Made by a program: the position numbers and the translations under genes. Below the pieces are notes generated by a model, which worked only from the letters and a program-made list of their open reading frames with translations, ran no database searches and had not been told where the DNA came from. A DNA stretch of 52,389 nucleotides from Octopus bimaculoides (Eukaryota): contig NC_068983.1 of the NCBI RefSeq assembly GCF_001194135.2, positions 155,715,496-155,767,884 on the forward strand. The letters are read 5' to 3'. This document shows positions 1 to 10,724 of the stretch, one piece after another (within the stretch, counting starts at the first letter, position 1; each line of letters starts with the position of its first letter).

Positions 1-83
1 TATATATATATATATATATATATACGTATAGATGTAAGTATGTACATATACGCATGTTTATATGCATATATATATATTATTTA

Positions 84-123
<40 letters not shown>

Positions 124-170
124 ACATACATATATATGTGTATTTGTGTGTGTGCGTGTGTGTGTGTGTA
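1..170. repeat. Compound microsatellite (TA)n/(TTA)n/(TG)n
   Basis: Seen directly; accounts for the low-complexity ORFs 40..267 and 54..239. Confidence 0.95.
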
Positions 171-469
171 TACACATTCTCACACGGACAAATACACTCA
201 TATATTTATGCGCACATTAATATTTGTACATATCTCTAGAGAAAAATGCATCAATGTATATATATGAGAGGAAATATTTAATAAAATAAATGAATTATTC
301 GTAGACATAAAAAAATATATAATATCGAGTGAATACGTCAACTACTGTTGACAGCCATTTCCTTTAATTCCTGTATTTATTATCATTCATTCCTAAAACC
401 GGTATCAATGTTCTACTGACCAAACGTACACCACCACACTCACACATACATATATATTGTTTCATCCCA

Positions 470-1210
470 TACATGGTGCGGTTTTTTTTCAATTGCATAA
501 ACTAAATGTCGGAGGGCGCGGATAAACTACCTGCATCAACTTACTTTAAAATCAGGCAGTAATTTTACCTGGTTCTTATCCTTAATACAAGTCCTGAAGA
601 GTACACATCTGAAGAGTACAGTTATTTTTTCAAAGCTATAATGGAAGTGGCAAAGGAGCATAATAGGCATATTTTGCTTTCTGAAATCAATGAAGGCAAC
701 AACGCAACGGAAAATTCAAGGAATATGCGGATCGCACAATAAGCGTAAACGAGTGTCAACGACGTTTCCAGAAAATTCCGAACCAGAAATTGCAGCATAG
801 AAGACGAGCCACGTAATGGGAAATCTGTAGAGCTCGACGAAGACGTCCTGCAAACCCTGGTGGAACAATATCCCCATCGTAACTGTTGAGGAACTAGCAG
901 AGAAGCTAGGATTCGGTCATTCAACCAGTCATTCAAGTCAGCGCTAGAAGAAAAACCGAGTATCTTTGGTTCCATAACGAAAAGTGTTCTTCCATCAGGA
1001 TAATGCTTGGCCACATACAGTGAGGATGACATTCCAAATGCTGGAGCAATTTGAATTGGAAATTATGCCTCACGCACACTATTTGCCCCATATTCTGGAG
1101 TCTTCCAATTCCTTTGGACAGAAACAATATGAATTCTTTAGACGAGGTCAGAACAGTACTGGAGGAGTATTTTTCCTCACGGATAAGTGAATTTTGGAAG
1201 AGGGGCATAT
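470..1210 (+). mobile_element. Degenerate mariner transposon with internal deletion (transposase relic)
   Basis: ATG at 641 gives MEVAKEHNRHILLSEINEGNNATE, then EDEPRNGKSVELDEDVLQTLVEQ (HTH region). HQDNAWPH at ~990 matches the mariner HQDNARPH catalytic motif, and EFWKRGI at ~1185 matches the mariner C-terminus. Frameshifted; boundaries approximate. Confidence 0.85.
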
Positions 1211-1212
1211 AT

Positions 1213-1436
1213 ATATATTGTTCTTTTAGTCCTTTACACATATCAATCATTTGACTGCAGCCATGCTGGAGCACAGCATTAAAGCGTTTAGTCGAACAAA
1301 TCGACTCAGGGAGCTATTCTTTGTAAGCCTAGTACTTATTCCATCGGGCTATTTTGCCGAACCACTAAGTTACGGGTGCATAAGCACACCAAAATCGGTT
1401 GTCACGCTATGGTGGAAGGACAAATACACACACACA
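1213..1436 (-). mobile_element. SINE family 1, 3' half
   Basis: Reverse complement of the tail seen at 10860-11050 and 36900-37100 (GACAACCGA...CCGTAACTTAG...AAGTACTAGGCTTACAAAGAATA...GCTCCAGCATGGC..CAGTCAAATGA). Confidence 0.85.
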
Positions 1437-1453
1437 TAAATACATATACAGTT

Positions 1454-1525
1454 AGGGATATAGCTCAGTGCGAGAGCAGTCAACTGCAGATCGATAGATC
1501 TCCGATTCAATCACGGGTGCCCCCT
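1454..1525 (+). pseudogene. tRNA-Cys(GCA) pseudogene
   Basis: AGGGATA-TA-GCTC-AGTGCGA-GAGC-A-GTCAA-CTGCAGA-TCGAT-AGATC-TCCGA-TTCAATC-ACGGG-TGCCCCT. Cloverleaf order and GCA anticodon loop match eukaryotic tRNA-Cys, but there are mismatches in the acceptor, anticodon and T stems and the D-loop GG is lost. Confidence 0.75.
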
Positions 1526-1563
1526 TCGGCTCGGAATTCAATTCTGAATGCTTTTAATTTAGG

Positions 1564-1890
1564 CGCAGGAGTGGCTGTGCGGTAAGTAGCTTGCTTATCA
1601 ACCACATGGTTCTAGGTTCAGTCCCACTGCGTGGCACCTTGGGCAAGTGTCTCCTACTTTAACCTCTGTCCAACCAACGCTTTGCGAGTGGATTTGGTAA
1701 ACGGAAACTGAAAGAAGCCCGTCGTATATATATATATATAGATAGATAGATATAGATATAGATATAGATATAGATATAGATATAGATATATACGTATGTA
1801 TGTACGTATGAATTTGTGTGTCTGTGTTTGTCCCCCCATCAGCGCTTGACAACCGATGTTGATGTGTTTACGTCCCCGTAACTTACCGAA
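1564..1890 (+). mobile_element. SINE family 1 (tRNA-like head, internal microsatellite), 3'-truncated
   Basis: Head GCAGGAGTGGCTGTGCGGTAAG...GGTTCAGTCCC...GGAAACTGAAAGAAGCCCGTCG, then (TA)/(GATATA)n, then the tail start TGTTTGTCCCC...CTTGACAACCGA. Same layout as 36541-37100. Confidence 0.9.
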
Positions 1891-1979
1891 CCACTGTTAC
1901 GGAGATATATGCAAGCCAAACTCGTTTGTCATGCAGCGGTATGGTTAAACCCATATGACACATGCACATAAAAATGCAC

Positions 1980-2019
<40 letters not shown>

Positions 2020-2062
2020 GCACACATACACACGCACAAACACACAAACACGCGCGCGCATA

Positions 2063-2226
2063 CACACATATACGGTGGGCTTTTTTCAGTTTTTGACTAC
2101 GAAATCTACTTTCAAGGCATTGGTCAGCCCGGGGCTATAATAAAAGACACGTATCCAAGGTGCCACGCAGTGAGACTGAGCCCGGCACCATGTGGTTGTG
2201 AAGCAATGTCTGAGCCCACACAACCA
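2063..2226 (-). mobile_element. SINE family 1, 5' half
   Basis: Reverse complement of the head at 1575-1725 (CCAAGGTGCCACGCAGTG.GACTGA.CCC...ACCATGTGGTTG). Confidence 0.85.
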
Positions 2227-2529
2227 GAAAACAAGCAAAGTACGCACATATGACACGCTTTATTTCGTGAGAATTGCATATTCTACATCATAGATTAACG
2301 TCTGGTTGAAACACTGTATCTATTTTATACCCAACCCCACAATTAATCTCATTCAATTAATCCATTTTCAATTTTCATTAACACTCTGAAACTTTGCCTG
2401 AATTCATATCATCTCATAAAGATTTTTATTTTTCATTAGTTAATTATGAGCGGTTATCAAAGATAGCATCAACGTGTGCTTTGAGATACTGGCAGAAATA
2501 CTTCTAGCTCTCTTAGTATATCAGTTTTG

Positions 2530-2567
2530 TCTGTGTATGTATGTGTGTGTATATGTGTGTGTGTTTG

Positions 2568-2626
<59 letters not shown>

Positions 2627-2671
2627 GTATATATATGTATATATATACCAATATATATATACATACATATA

Positions 2672-2720
<49 letters not shown>

Positions 2721-2790
2721 ATGTATGTATGTATGTATATATGCACGTATATCTATCTACATTTACACACACGCACATATATATATTCAT
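2530..2790. repeat. Compound microsatellite (TG)/(TCTA)n/(TA)n/(TATG)n
   Basis: Seen directly. Confidence 0.95.
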
Positions 2791-3282
2791 GTACATATAC
2801 GTAAAAGTATGAATATTCTGTTTTAATAATAATAAAGTGTATCAATTTAAGTATATATATCCATGTATAAATAATACCTATATTTATACCTATATTTATA
2901 CCTATATCTACCTACCTACCAATCTATTTATCTGTCTAATATATATATATATAGACACACACACACCCATACACATATGTTTTGAACAAAATGATGAAAA
3001 CAACATGATACATAGAGGTTTTTCGTATTAAATGCTGAGTTGCTCCATCATGCAGAAAGATGATTGACAAACTGACGTCAACATTACCTCTACCTTTCCA
3101 TGGCCTGCATACAACACACAGAGCATGCGTCGTTCTTTTTTTTTTATTTTATAGTAGCTCTAAATGATTTCCAGTTCAAATTTCGCCCACCGTAATATTC
3201 CTAGGCCTTCTTCTCATGACCCTAGCCATTGTTTTCTTCAGGCTTTATCTCATTTTATCAACAATATTGTGTACTTTACAAG

Positions 3283-3505
3283 GCAGTGAGCTGGCAAAAA
3301 CGTTAGCACTCCAGGAGAAATGCTTAGCGTTATTTCGTCTGTCTTTACGTTCTGATTTCAAATTCCACCGAGGTCAACTTTGCCTTCATCCTTTCAGGGT
3401 CGATAAATTAAGTACCAGTTGTGTACTGGGGTCGATCTAATCGACTGGCCCCCTCCCCACAAATTTCGGGCCTTGTGCCTAGAGTAGAAAAGGATTTTGT
3501 GTACT
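3283..3505 (+). mobile_element. SINE family 2
   Basis: GCAGTGAGCTGGCA...GTTAGCA head, TTCAAATTCC B-box-like element, core GCCTTCATCCTTTCAGGGTCGATAAATTAAGTACCAG. Related copies at 3607-3775, 12545-12890, 20205-20320, 35370-35545, 49520-49632, 50395-50500. Confidence 0.85.
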
Positions 3506-3606
3506 TCACATATCGAAGACGATAGTATATGATTGGAAGAGTATTGCTGATATTTTTAACAATTTAAATGATCCTGTCTATAATCAGTAAATACTTAGGG
3601 AAAGTA

Positions 3607-3775
3607 AGGCAGCGAGCTGGTAGAGCTCGTCGGTCAAAATGCTTAGCGGCATTTCGTCCGTCGGGGTTGATAAAATAAGTACTAGTTAAGTACTAGGGCC
3701 GATGTAATCGACTAGCACTAATTGACTAGCACTCTTCCTCGAAGTTGCTGTCCTTGTGTTGAAACTTTAAGTGGC
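3607..3775 (+). mobile_element. SINE family 2, internally deleted
   Basis: GGCAGCGAGCTGGTAGA...AATGCTTAGCGGCATTTCGTCCG joined directly to GGGGTTGATAAAATAAGTAC. Confidence 0.75.
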
Positions 3776-4166
3776 CATAGTCGACTGATTCAAACCAATA
3801 TATTCCTGTAGTTACATCAATTTCATATGATTAAGAGTAAAGGAGTTCACACTATGATTTAAACTGCGATATGTACCACACCAACTTCTATAACGAGAAA
3901 ACCTCATTTTTTCTCTTATTAGCATGGAGTTCTTATTTATTTTGGAAAATATAGGTTATATAAATAAACTTTGGGCGAAAAAAATCATAAATCCTAGTCT
4001 TTTCTGCCAGAGGGAAAATATCGCCATCACCCTACCTCCAGAAATAAAATTAGGGGAAAACAATAATTAACGAAATATAAAGTAGAAAAGAGAAGCCACG
4101 AAAACAGAAAGTCAGGGTCGATTAACTAAGACATAATATTACAGGTATTTATTCTACAAAGTGGCA

Positions 4167-4475
4167 AGGCACATGGCCCAGTGATTAGAGCTTCGCACTT
4201 ACAATCTATGAGTTCGATTCCCGGACCGGGCTCTGTGTTATCTTGAGCAAGGCACTTTATTTCATATTGCACCTGGTGACTCAGCTATAGAAATGAGTTG
4301 CGACGTCACGGATCTTTGCCTTTCCTTTGGATAACATCAGTGGCGTGGAGAGGGGAGGCTGGTATACACGGGCGACTGATGGTCTTCCATAAAAAAAACC
4401 TTGCCGTGCCTTGGAGGGTAACTTGCTAGGTGCAATCCCATGGTCATTCGTGACTGACAGGGGTTCTTTACCTTT
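4167..4475 (+). mobile_element. SINE family 3 (tRNA-derived)
   Basis: A-box-like TGGCCCAGTGATT, B-box GAGTTCGATTCCC, followed by a GC-richer body (GAGCAAGGCACTTTATTTC...CTCAGCT.TAGAAATGAG...GGTGCAATCCCATGGTCA). Confidence 0.8.
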
Positions 4476-5391
4476 TACTCTATTTTATTGAACGGGCAGT
4501 GATTAATATCCAAGTTTACTTTGGAGACACGACTTGACAGTACCACTATATGGTAGCTCATTCAGCTAGAAATCCAAATAATGATTTATTTCCAGTTAAG
4601 CAAAACTGAAGAGAATGATGGGCTCGTTGGGATTGTAGCTCCTTAGATCATAGGTCTGCCACTCAGAAGTTTACTGGGGTGAAACAACAAAAGTAAAAAC
4701 AATAACAACCAGAACAACAACAACAACACAGAAATGAGCAGCTAAAGACGAAATAATGAAACCGATTTGATTTGATTTTTTTTTTTTTTGCTTCTTTCTT
4801 TTGTTCACATTACCATCGAAAGCCCCTAATGTCAGTGACAAAACTATCGATTTTAAGAACAATGTCATGCTATATATATACATATATATATATATATAGA
4901 AGCCTGGACGTAAAATACTTTATATATGATATATAGAAAGGTATATAGTTTCGATAAGCAAAAGATTGCAACGAATNNNNNNNNNNNNNNNNNNNNNNNN
5001 NNNNNNNNNNNNNNNNNNNNNNNNNNNNNNNNNNNNNNNNNNNNNNNNNNNNNNNNNNNNNNNNNNNNNNNNNNNNNNNNNNNNNNNNNNNNNNNNNNNN
5101 NNNNNNNNNNNNNNNNNNNNNNNNNNNNNNNNNNNNNNNNNNNNNNNNNNNNNNNNNNNNNNNNNNNNNNNNNNNNNNNNNNNNNNNNNNNNNNNNNNNN
5201 NNNNNNNNNNNNNNNNNNNNNNNNNNNNNNNNNNNNNNNNNNNNNNNNNNNNNNNNNNNNNNNNNNNNNNNNNNNNNNNNNNNNNNNNNNNNNNNNNNNN
5301 NNNNNNNNNNNNNNNNNNNNNNNNNNNNNNNNNNNNNNNNNNNNNNNNNNNNNNNNNNNNNNNNNNNNNNNNNNNNNNNNNNNNNNNNNNN

Positions 5392-5463
<72 letters not shown>

Positions 5464-6450
5464 TCAAAATACAAACATTACTAAACCATAAAATAGATTT
5501 TTACTTTTCAAAATGAAACAAAATAAGCAAGTGTTTATTCTATTTATATTTGTTTTCTCATTTTTTTTTTTAATTGCTAAGTCTTTGATCATATCCTCAC
5601 TATGAAATCATTAACACTTCGAAATTATAATTCCGATCATATAAGCAATTTCGAATATTATTTTAGCAAGTTTAAAGCGATTTCTTATGTGCCATAAACA
5701 ATTTACCATTTTTGTCGTAGCCTCTCCTTCCTTTGATGTCCTAAGCATGTGCTTATTTTACTTATTGGTTAATCCAGTGCTAGGTACAATATCATTGCCC
5801 GAAATAGGACGGGATACGAACCATCTTTCTTTCACTACAAAAATGGTCAAACGATATCAAGTATTGATTTAAGCATCAGCTGCTATCATCATATCTATAC
5901 CATAGTTGAGTGCAGAGCTGCCAGAATCGTCATTTTGCAGATAACATCAGTAATATATAGCTAGTAACAAATGTAGTCAATTCAAATGGATCATAAAATA
6001 GATGAGACGTCAGTTATTTTTTTGCATTTATAGTTCAGTCGTTTGTTTTGTTTTATAATACAATTTTGCTATGGAAATCATTGTAGAAAAAAAAAATCAA
6101 ACTGATAGAGAATTCTGCTAATGCTACTAATACAGTGTTCTCATTGACAATATACACATCAAAGGAAACAACGTGAAACGTGTTGTTTTTTTTTTTAAAT
6201 TATTTTACGATCTATTGTGTTCAGTAATAGGGTCAAGCCCGAAAATATTTCAAAGCTTTGTCAGTGTTAATTTGATGAGACATAATAATGATGGCTGATT
6301 TGTTCTTGTTTGCGAAAATCAGTGTGTATCTTCTTCCTTGCCTGGTTGTAGATGCGATTGCATGATGAGCGAGTAATATTTCTGACGGAAATATCGAACA
6401 ACTATAACACACAACAATTTTCTCTGTCTCTCTCAGTTGTCTTCTTTCTC

Positions 6451-6493
<43 letters not shown>

Positions 6494-6509
6494 ATCTCTC
6501 TCTCTCTCC

Positions 6510-6549
<40 letters not shown>

Positions 6550-6696
6550 CTCTCTCTCTNNNNNNNNNNATCTCTCACACACACACACGCGCACACGCAC
6601 ACACACTAATACACACATGCACACAAATACCACGCCTATGTGTGTGTGTGTATGTGTGTGTATGTGTGTGTGTGTCTGTGTGTGAATGCGCGTGTC

Positions 6697-6935
6697 CGAG
6701 TGGATAGCGGGTTGCATTCACGATCGCTACATCGTGAATTCGATTCCCAGACCGGGCGGCGCGTTGTGATCTTCAGCAAAGCACTTCATTTCCCGTCGCT
6801 CCAGTTCCCCTTTCGTTCAGTGGGGAATGTTGGTCTGCTCACTAATCCAGCGGGGTGGTGTCATTTGAAGGCTAAAATGATGCAAAGCGCATTGTGACCT
6901 GCGATGTATAACATCTGATATTCTGGTCGGCCACT
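6697..6935 (+). mobile_element. tRNA-derived SINE
   Basis: B-box GAATTCGATTCCCAGACCGGG followed by TTGTGATCTTCAGCAAAGCACTTCATTTC; head shared with family 3. Confidence 0.7.
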
Positions 6936-6991
6936 TGATCACATACGCGCACACACATACACACGTGCGCGCGCGAGTAATCTCTCTCTTG

Positions 6992-7319
6992 GCTCTCCGT
7001 CGCTTACGACGTCGAGGGTTCCAGTCGACCTGATCAACGGAACAGCCTGCTCGTAAAATTAACGTGCAAGTAGCTGAACAATCCATAGACACGTGTACCC
7101 TCAACGTAGTTCTCGGGATATTCAGCGTGACACAGTGTGACAAGGCTGACCCTTCGAATTACAGGCACAACAGAAACAAGAAGTAAGAGTGAGAGAAAGT
7201 TGTGGTAGAAGAGTACAGCAGGGTTCGCCACCATCCCCTGCCGGAGCCTCGTGGAACTTTAGGTGTTTTCGCTCAATAAACACTTACAACGCCCGGTCTG
7301 GGAATCGAAACCGCGATCC
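6992..7319 (-). mobile_element. tRNA-derived SINE
   Basis: Minus strand begins GGATCGCGGTTTCGATTCCCAGACCGGGCG (B-box; same head as 6740-6760) and continues into a ~300-bp GC-richer body. Confidence 0.7.
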
Positions 7320-7362
7320 TATGTATGTATATATATATATACATATACATATACATATATAT

Positions 7363-7543
7363 ATGGGAGAATATACAAATAATAACAACAGACGAGGAGA
7401 GGTGGTGTAAATAACAAAAGTATATATTAGTATGACGCTCGGGAATACGGAAAGTCTTTGACGTTTCGAGCTACGCTCTTCAACAGAAAGAATACGGAGA
7501 CAAGGAGAAAGACACGGAGAAAAAAAAAATTGAATAGTGTTCA
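7363..7543 (-). mobile_element. ~196-bp hammerhead-bearing non-autonomous element (family B), copy 1, 5' end lost in N gap
   Basis: Reverse complement of 44654-44849 apart from a few substitutions and a longer A run. Confidence 0.9.
7455..7491 (-). ncRNA. Minimal type I hammerhead ribozyme motif, A6U variant
   Basis: TCTTT-CTGTTGA-A-GAGC-GTA-GCTC-GAAAC-GTC-AAAGA: stem I TCTTT/AAAGA, stem II GAGC/GCTC, palindromic ACGT stem III, GUC cleavage triplet. Confidence 0.7.
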
Positions 7544-7770
7544 NNNNNNNNNNNNNNNNNNNNNNNNNNNNNNNNNNNNNNNNNNNNNNNNNNNNNNNNN
7601 NNNNNNNNNNNNNNNNNNNNNNNNNNNNNNNNNNNNNNNNNNNNNNNNNNNNNNNNNNNNNNNNNNNNNNNNNNNNNNNNNNNNNNNNNNNNNNNNNNNN
7701 NNNNNNNNNNNNNNNNNNNNNNNNNNNNNNNNNNNNNNNNNNNNNNNNNNNNNNNNNNNNNNNNNNNNNN

Positions 7771-7806
<36 letters not shown>

Positions 7807-7811
<5 letters not shown>

Positions 7812-8394
7812 ATGATAAATTGAGTATTAATTCAATTTAAAACCAAGGGGCCTAGCATATAATAAAATCTGAGAATTCAGAAAAAAATGTATTACACGTG
7901 TATATGGGATGACCACTAGGTGGACATCCAATATGCTAGAAAGAGGTCATGAACGACCTAACCACAAAAAAAAGTAATGTTCTCCAGAAAAATTTTGCAA
8001 AACCCCAGAACAGGACAAAATTAGAAATATACAGAATAAAGAATTATCTATGGACTGCAGTTTCGAACATTAACCTTTTACTTACGTAGCAGCATGCGTG
8101 TTCTCATCAGCATAGACGTTCTAGAATCAATATAATTTGCAGAACTATACACGAATTGTCTTCATGAAATAAAACTTGCATATAATTCTACCAATTACAT
8201 TGTGGTTATTTCTCAAAATGCCTCAGCTCCGGCGCGCAAAATTCCGGAAACAATTCTGCAGAGAATAATGCACTGCAGTATATGTTGCCGGCTGCAGAAC
8301 ATAACTATTTAAATTATTATTCATATAGATAGGGTGATAAATTGTGTATTAATCCAATTTAAAACTAAGTGGCCTAGCATATAAAAAAAATCTG
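7807..8394 (-). mobile_element. Non-coding ~522-bp unit with ~65-bp terminal direct repeats and an internal hammerhead (retrozyme or Penelope pseudo-LTR-like)
   Basis: 7807-7871 and 8329-8394 are direct repeats with about 6 differences (ATAGG[A/G]TGATAAATTG[A/T]GTATTAAT[T/C]CAATTTAAAAC[C/T]AAG[G/T]GGCCTAGCATATAA...AAAATCTG). No ORF. HHR at 8047-8116. Abuts (TA)n. Confidence 0.75.
8047..8116 (-). ncRNA. Type I hammerhead ribozyme with canonical core
   Basis: Minus strand reads TCTATG-CTGATGA-GAACA-(29 nt)-TGTTC-GAAAC-TGCA-GTC-CATAGA. All conserved core bases are present; stem I is 6 bp, stem II 5 bp, stem III is the palindrome ACTGCAGT. Predicted cleavage between 8053 and 8052. Confidence 0.9.
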
Positions 8395-8399
8395 CTCTT

Positions 8400-9182
8400 T
8401 TTGAAATCTTTCCCTGAGAGATATCTAATCCTCTGATGACTACTAATCCTCCTGCATAGATCCCATATTTTAGTATCTATTCTACTGATAGCAGAATCTA
8501 TTTCCTAGTCATTTCTAGCAGCTTCCTTCTGTTTGTGCCTCTTAATGCTAGCAATCTTTTTCTTCTTTCATTACTTCCTGCAGCTCATCTAAAATCTTCT
8601 GGTCTTGCTCACTTAAATCACTTAAATCGCTGGTGCCGGTTGTCCCTTCCTTATTAGTAGCGGCATTATTATTTTTTCCTTCGATTCTTCTTTGGTTTCA
8701 GCCGTATCTCTTATGTTGTTCTTTGTCTTTCCTACTGCCTGGTCTTCCTTTTCCAGTTCTCTTGTGATCTCTTGTGCCTTCAATTCTGTCACCCCCTTTC
8801 TTCTACTAATAGTATTAGCTTCATCTACTAATACCTACTCAGCCACTTTAAACATACCCTTCTCTACCCAAAGTGTTTGTATCCGTTTTCTATAGCCCCT
8901 TGTTTTAGGTTCACTTTCTAAGTCGCACTGCATCACTATACTGTTTTCTTCACTGGTTCACTTCCACCCTCTTGTTCTATTATCTGCTTATGCTGTATTA
9001 GGGTAACAGCTGCGGTCAGTGTGCATCTTTACTGAACCACTGCCGAGTGAGAGGCCTTTCCTTAATAGTCCAGCTTTATTTTCGCTGTTACACCAGAGTT
9101 TCTTCGGAAACTCCTGTCTCTCATAAACTGAGGTAAGGTAACGCTCGTTACCATCGTCATCACTACTGTTATTTTTAGACAT
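8400..9182 (-). mobile_element. R4/Dong-type non-LTR retrotransposon, N-terminal ORF relic
   Basis: Minus frame RGWK*TSEENSIVMQCDLESEPKTRGYRKRIQTLWVEKGMFKVAE*VLVDEANTISRRKGVTELKAQEI resembles the N-terminal motif of R4/Dong-like ORFs (W..E.N..M.CY...P.RGYRKRM..W...GMF.V.EQRL.DQ). In-frame stops. Confidence 0.7.
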
Positions 9183-9416
9183 CCGAAAATTTCAAGCAAC
9201 TTTCTATTGCATCATTCGTTGCACCTTTATGCTGGCGATGTAGTATGTGCTGCATTTTTTTTGTGGGTGAGGTATATTGTATTGTATCAGTACGTTTTGT
9301 TATGGGGTTTGGTTCAGTCTTCTGTTGTATTACTTTTTGTATTGTGTGTTGTTTGTGGAGCGCACGTTGTGTTTTTCTGTCGGATCGGCCCTTTATGGCA
9401 CATGTTGTGGGTTTTT

Positions 9417-9451
9417 CATCATCATCATCATCATCGTCGTCGTCGTCGTTG

Positions 9452-9540
<89 letters not shown>

Positions 9541-9541
9541 T
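9417..9541. repeat. Graded triplet microsatellite (TCA)n-(TCG)n-(TTG)-(TTA)n
   Basis: Seen directly; the (TTA)n part abuts the 3' end of the Dong-like copy. Confidence 0.95.
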
Positions 9542-10398
9542 TATGTTTGACTTTTGTTTTGCATTTGTACAAGTTGGATCCAAGTCTCACCCAGAGACCT
9601 CAAGAGACAACAAGTTAGAAGTTCATGTAGGTGTTATGCCTAGGGTACCATATATTTGGATTTGTACAGTTTTGTTCTAGTGAATGTTTAAGAAACCATA
9701 AGAAAATTATGTGTTTGTTTTAAAATTTGAGATCACATAGACAGAATTTTACGTAGGATATGGGNNNNNNNNNNNNNNNNNNNNNNNNNNNNNNNNNNNN
9801 NNNNNNNNNNNNNNNNNNNNNNNNNNNNNNNNNNNNNNNNNNNNNNNNNNNNNNNNNNNNNNNNNNNNNNNNNNNNNNNNNNNNNNNNNNNNNNNNNNNN
9901 NNNNNNNNNNNNNNNNNNNNNNNNNNNNNNNNNNNNNNNNNNNNNNNNNNNNNNNNNNNNNNNNNNNNNNNNNNNNNNNNNNNNNNNNNNNNNNNNNNNN
10001 NNNNNNNNNNNNNNNNNNNNNNNNNNNNNNNNNNNNNNNNNNNNNNNNNNNNNNNNNNNNNNNNNNNNNNNNNNNNNNNNNNNNNNNNNNNNNNNNNNNN
10101 NNNNNNNNNNNNNNNNNNNNNNNNNNNNNNNNNNNNNNNNNNNNNNNNNNNNNNNNNNNNNNNNNNNNNNNNNNNNNNNNNNNNNNNNNNNNNNNNNNNN
10201 NNNNNNNNNNNNNNNNNNNNNNNNNNNNNNNNNNNNNNNNNNNNNNNNNNNNNNNNNNNNNNNNNNNNNNNNNNNNNNNNNNNNNNNNNNNNNNNNNNNN
10301 NNNNNNNNNNNNNNNNNNNNNNNNNNNNNNNNNNNNNNNNNNNNNNNNNNNNNNNNNNNNNNNNNNNNNNNNNGATCTTGGGCTGCTATGATAAACCC
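9542..10398 (-). mobile_element. R4/Dong-type LINE 3' portion, mostly in N gap
   Basis: Minus strand reads GFIIAAQD at 10398-10374, then the gap, then HILRKILSM* (stop 9733-9735), a 3' UTR and an (AAT)n tract. Confidence 0.75.
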
Positions 10399-10575
10399 TT
10401 CTGGCTTGAAATCAGAAACAGAGGGGTTTATCATAGCAGCCCAAGATCAATGCCTACCTACAAAGAACTACCAGGCCAACATATTAAAGAACGGCAGCTC
10501 CCCATTATGTCGTATATGCCAACAACAAAATGAGACCATCGATCATGTTGTCTCCATGTGCAGTCTGCTTGCGCC

Positions 10576-10577
<2 letters not shown>
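10399..10577 (+). mobile_element. R4/Dong-type LINE fragment with CCHC zinc knuckle
   Basis: SGLKSETEGFIIAAQDQCLPTKNYQANILKNGSSPLCRICQQQNETIDHVVSMCSLLAP contains the C-x2-C-x7-H-x4-C motif of RLE-clade elements and runs directly into (TTA)n. Confidence 0.9.
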
Positions 10578-10646
<69 letters not shown>

Positions 10647-10724
10647 CATTGTTTTTCTGTATTTTGAAAATACATTTTATTTCCATTGTTGAACTCAGAT
10701 ACTGATAATAGAGAGAGATTTATC

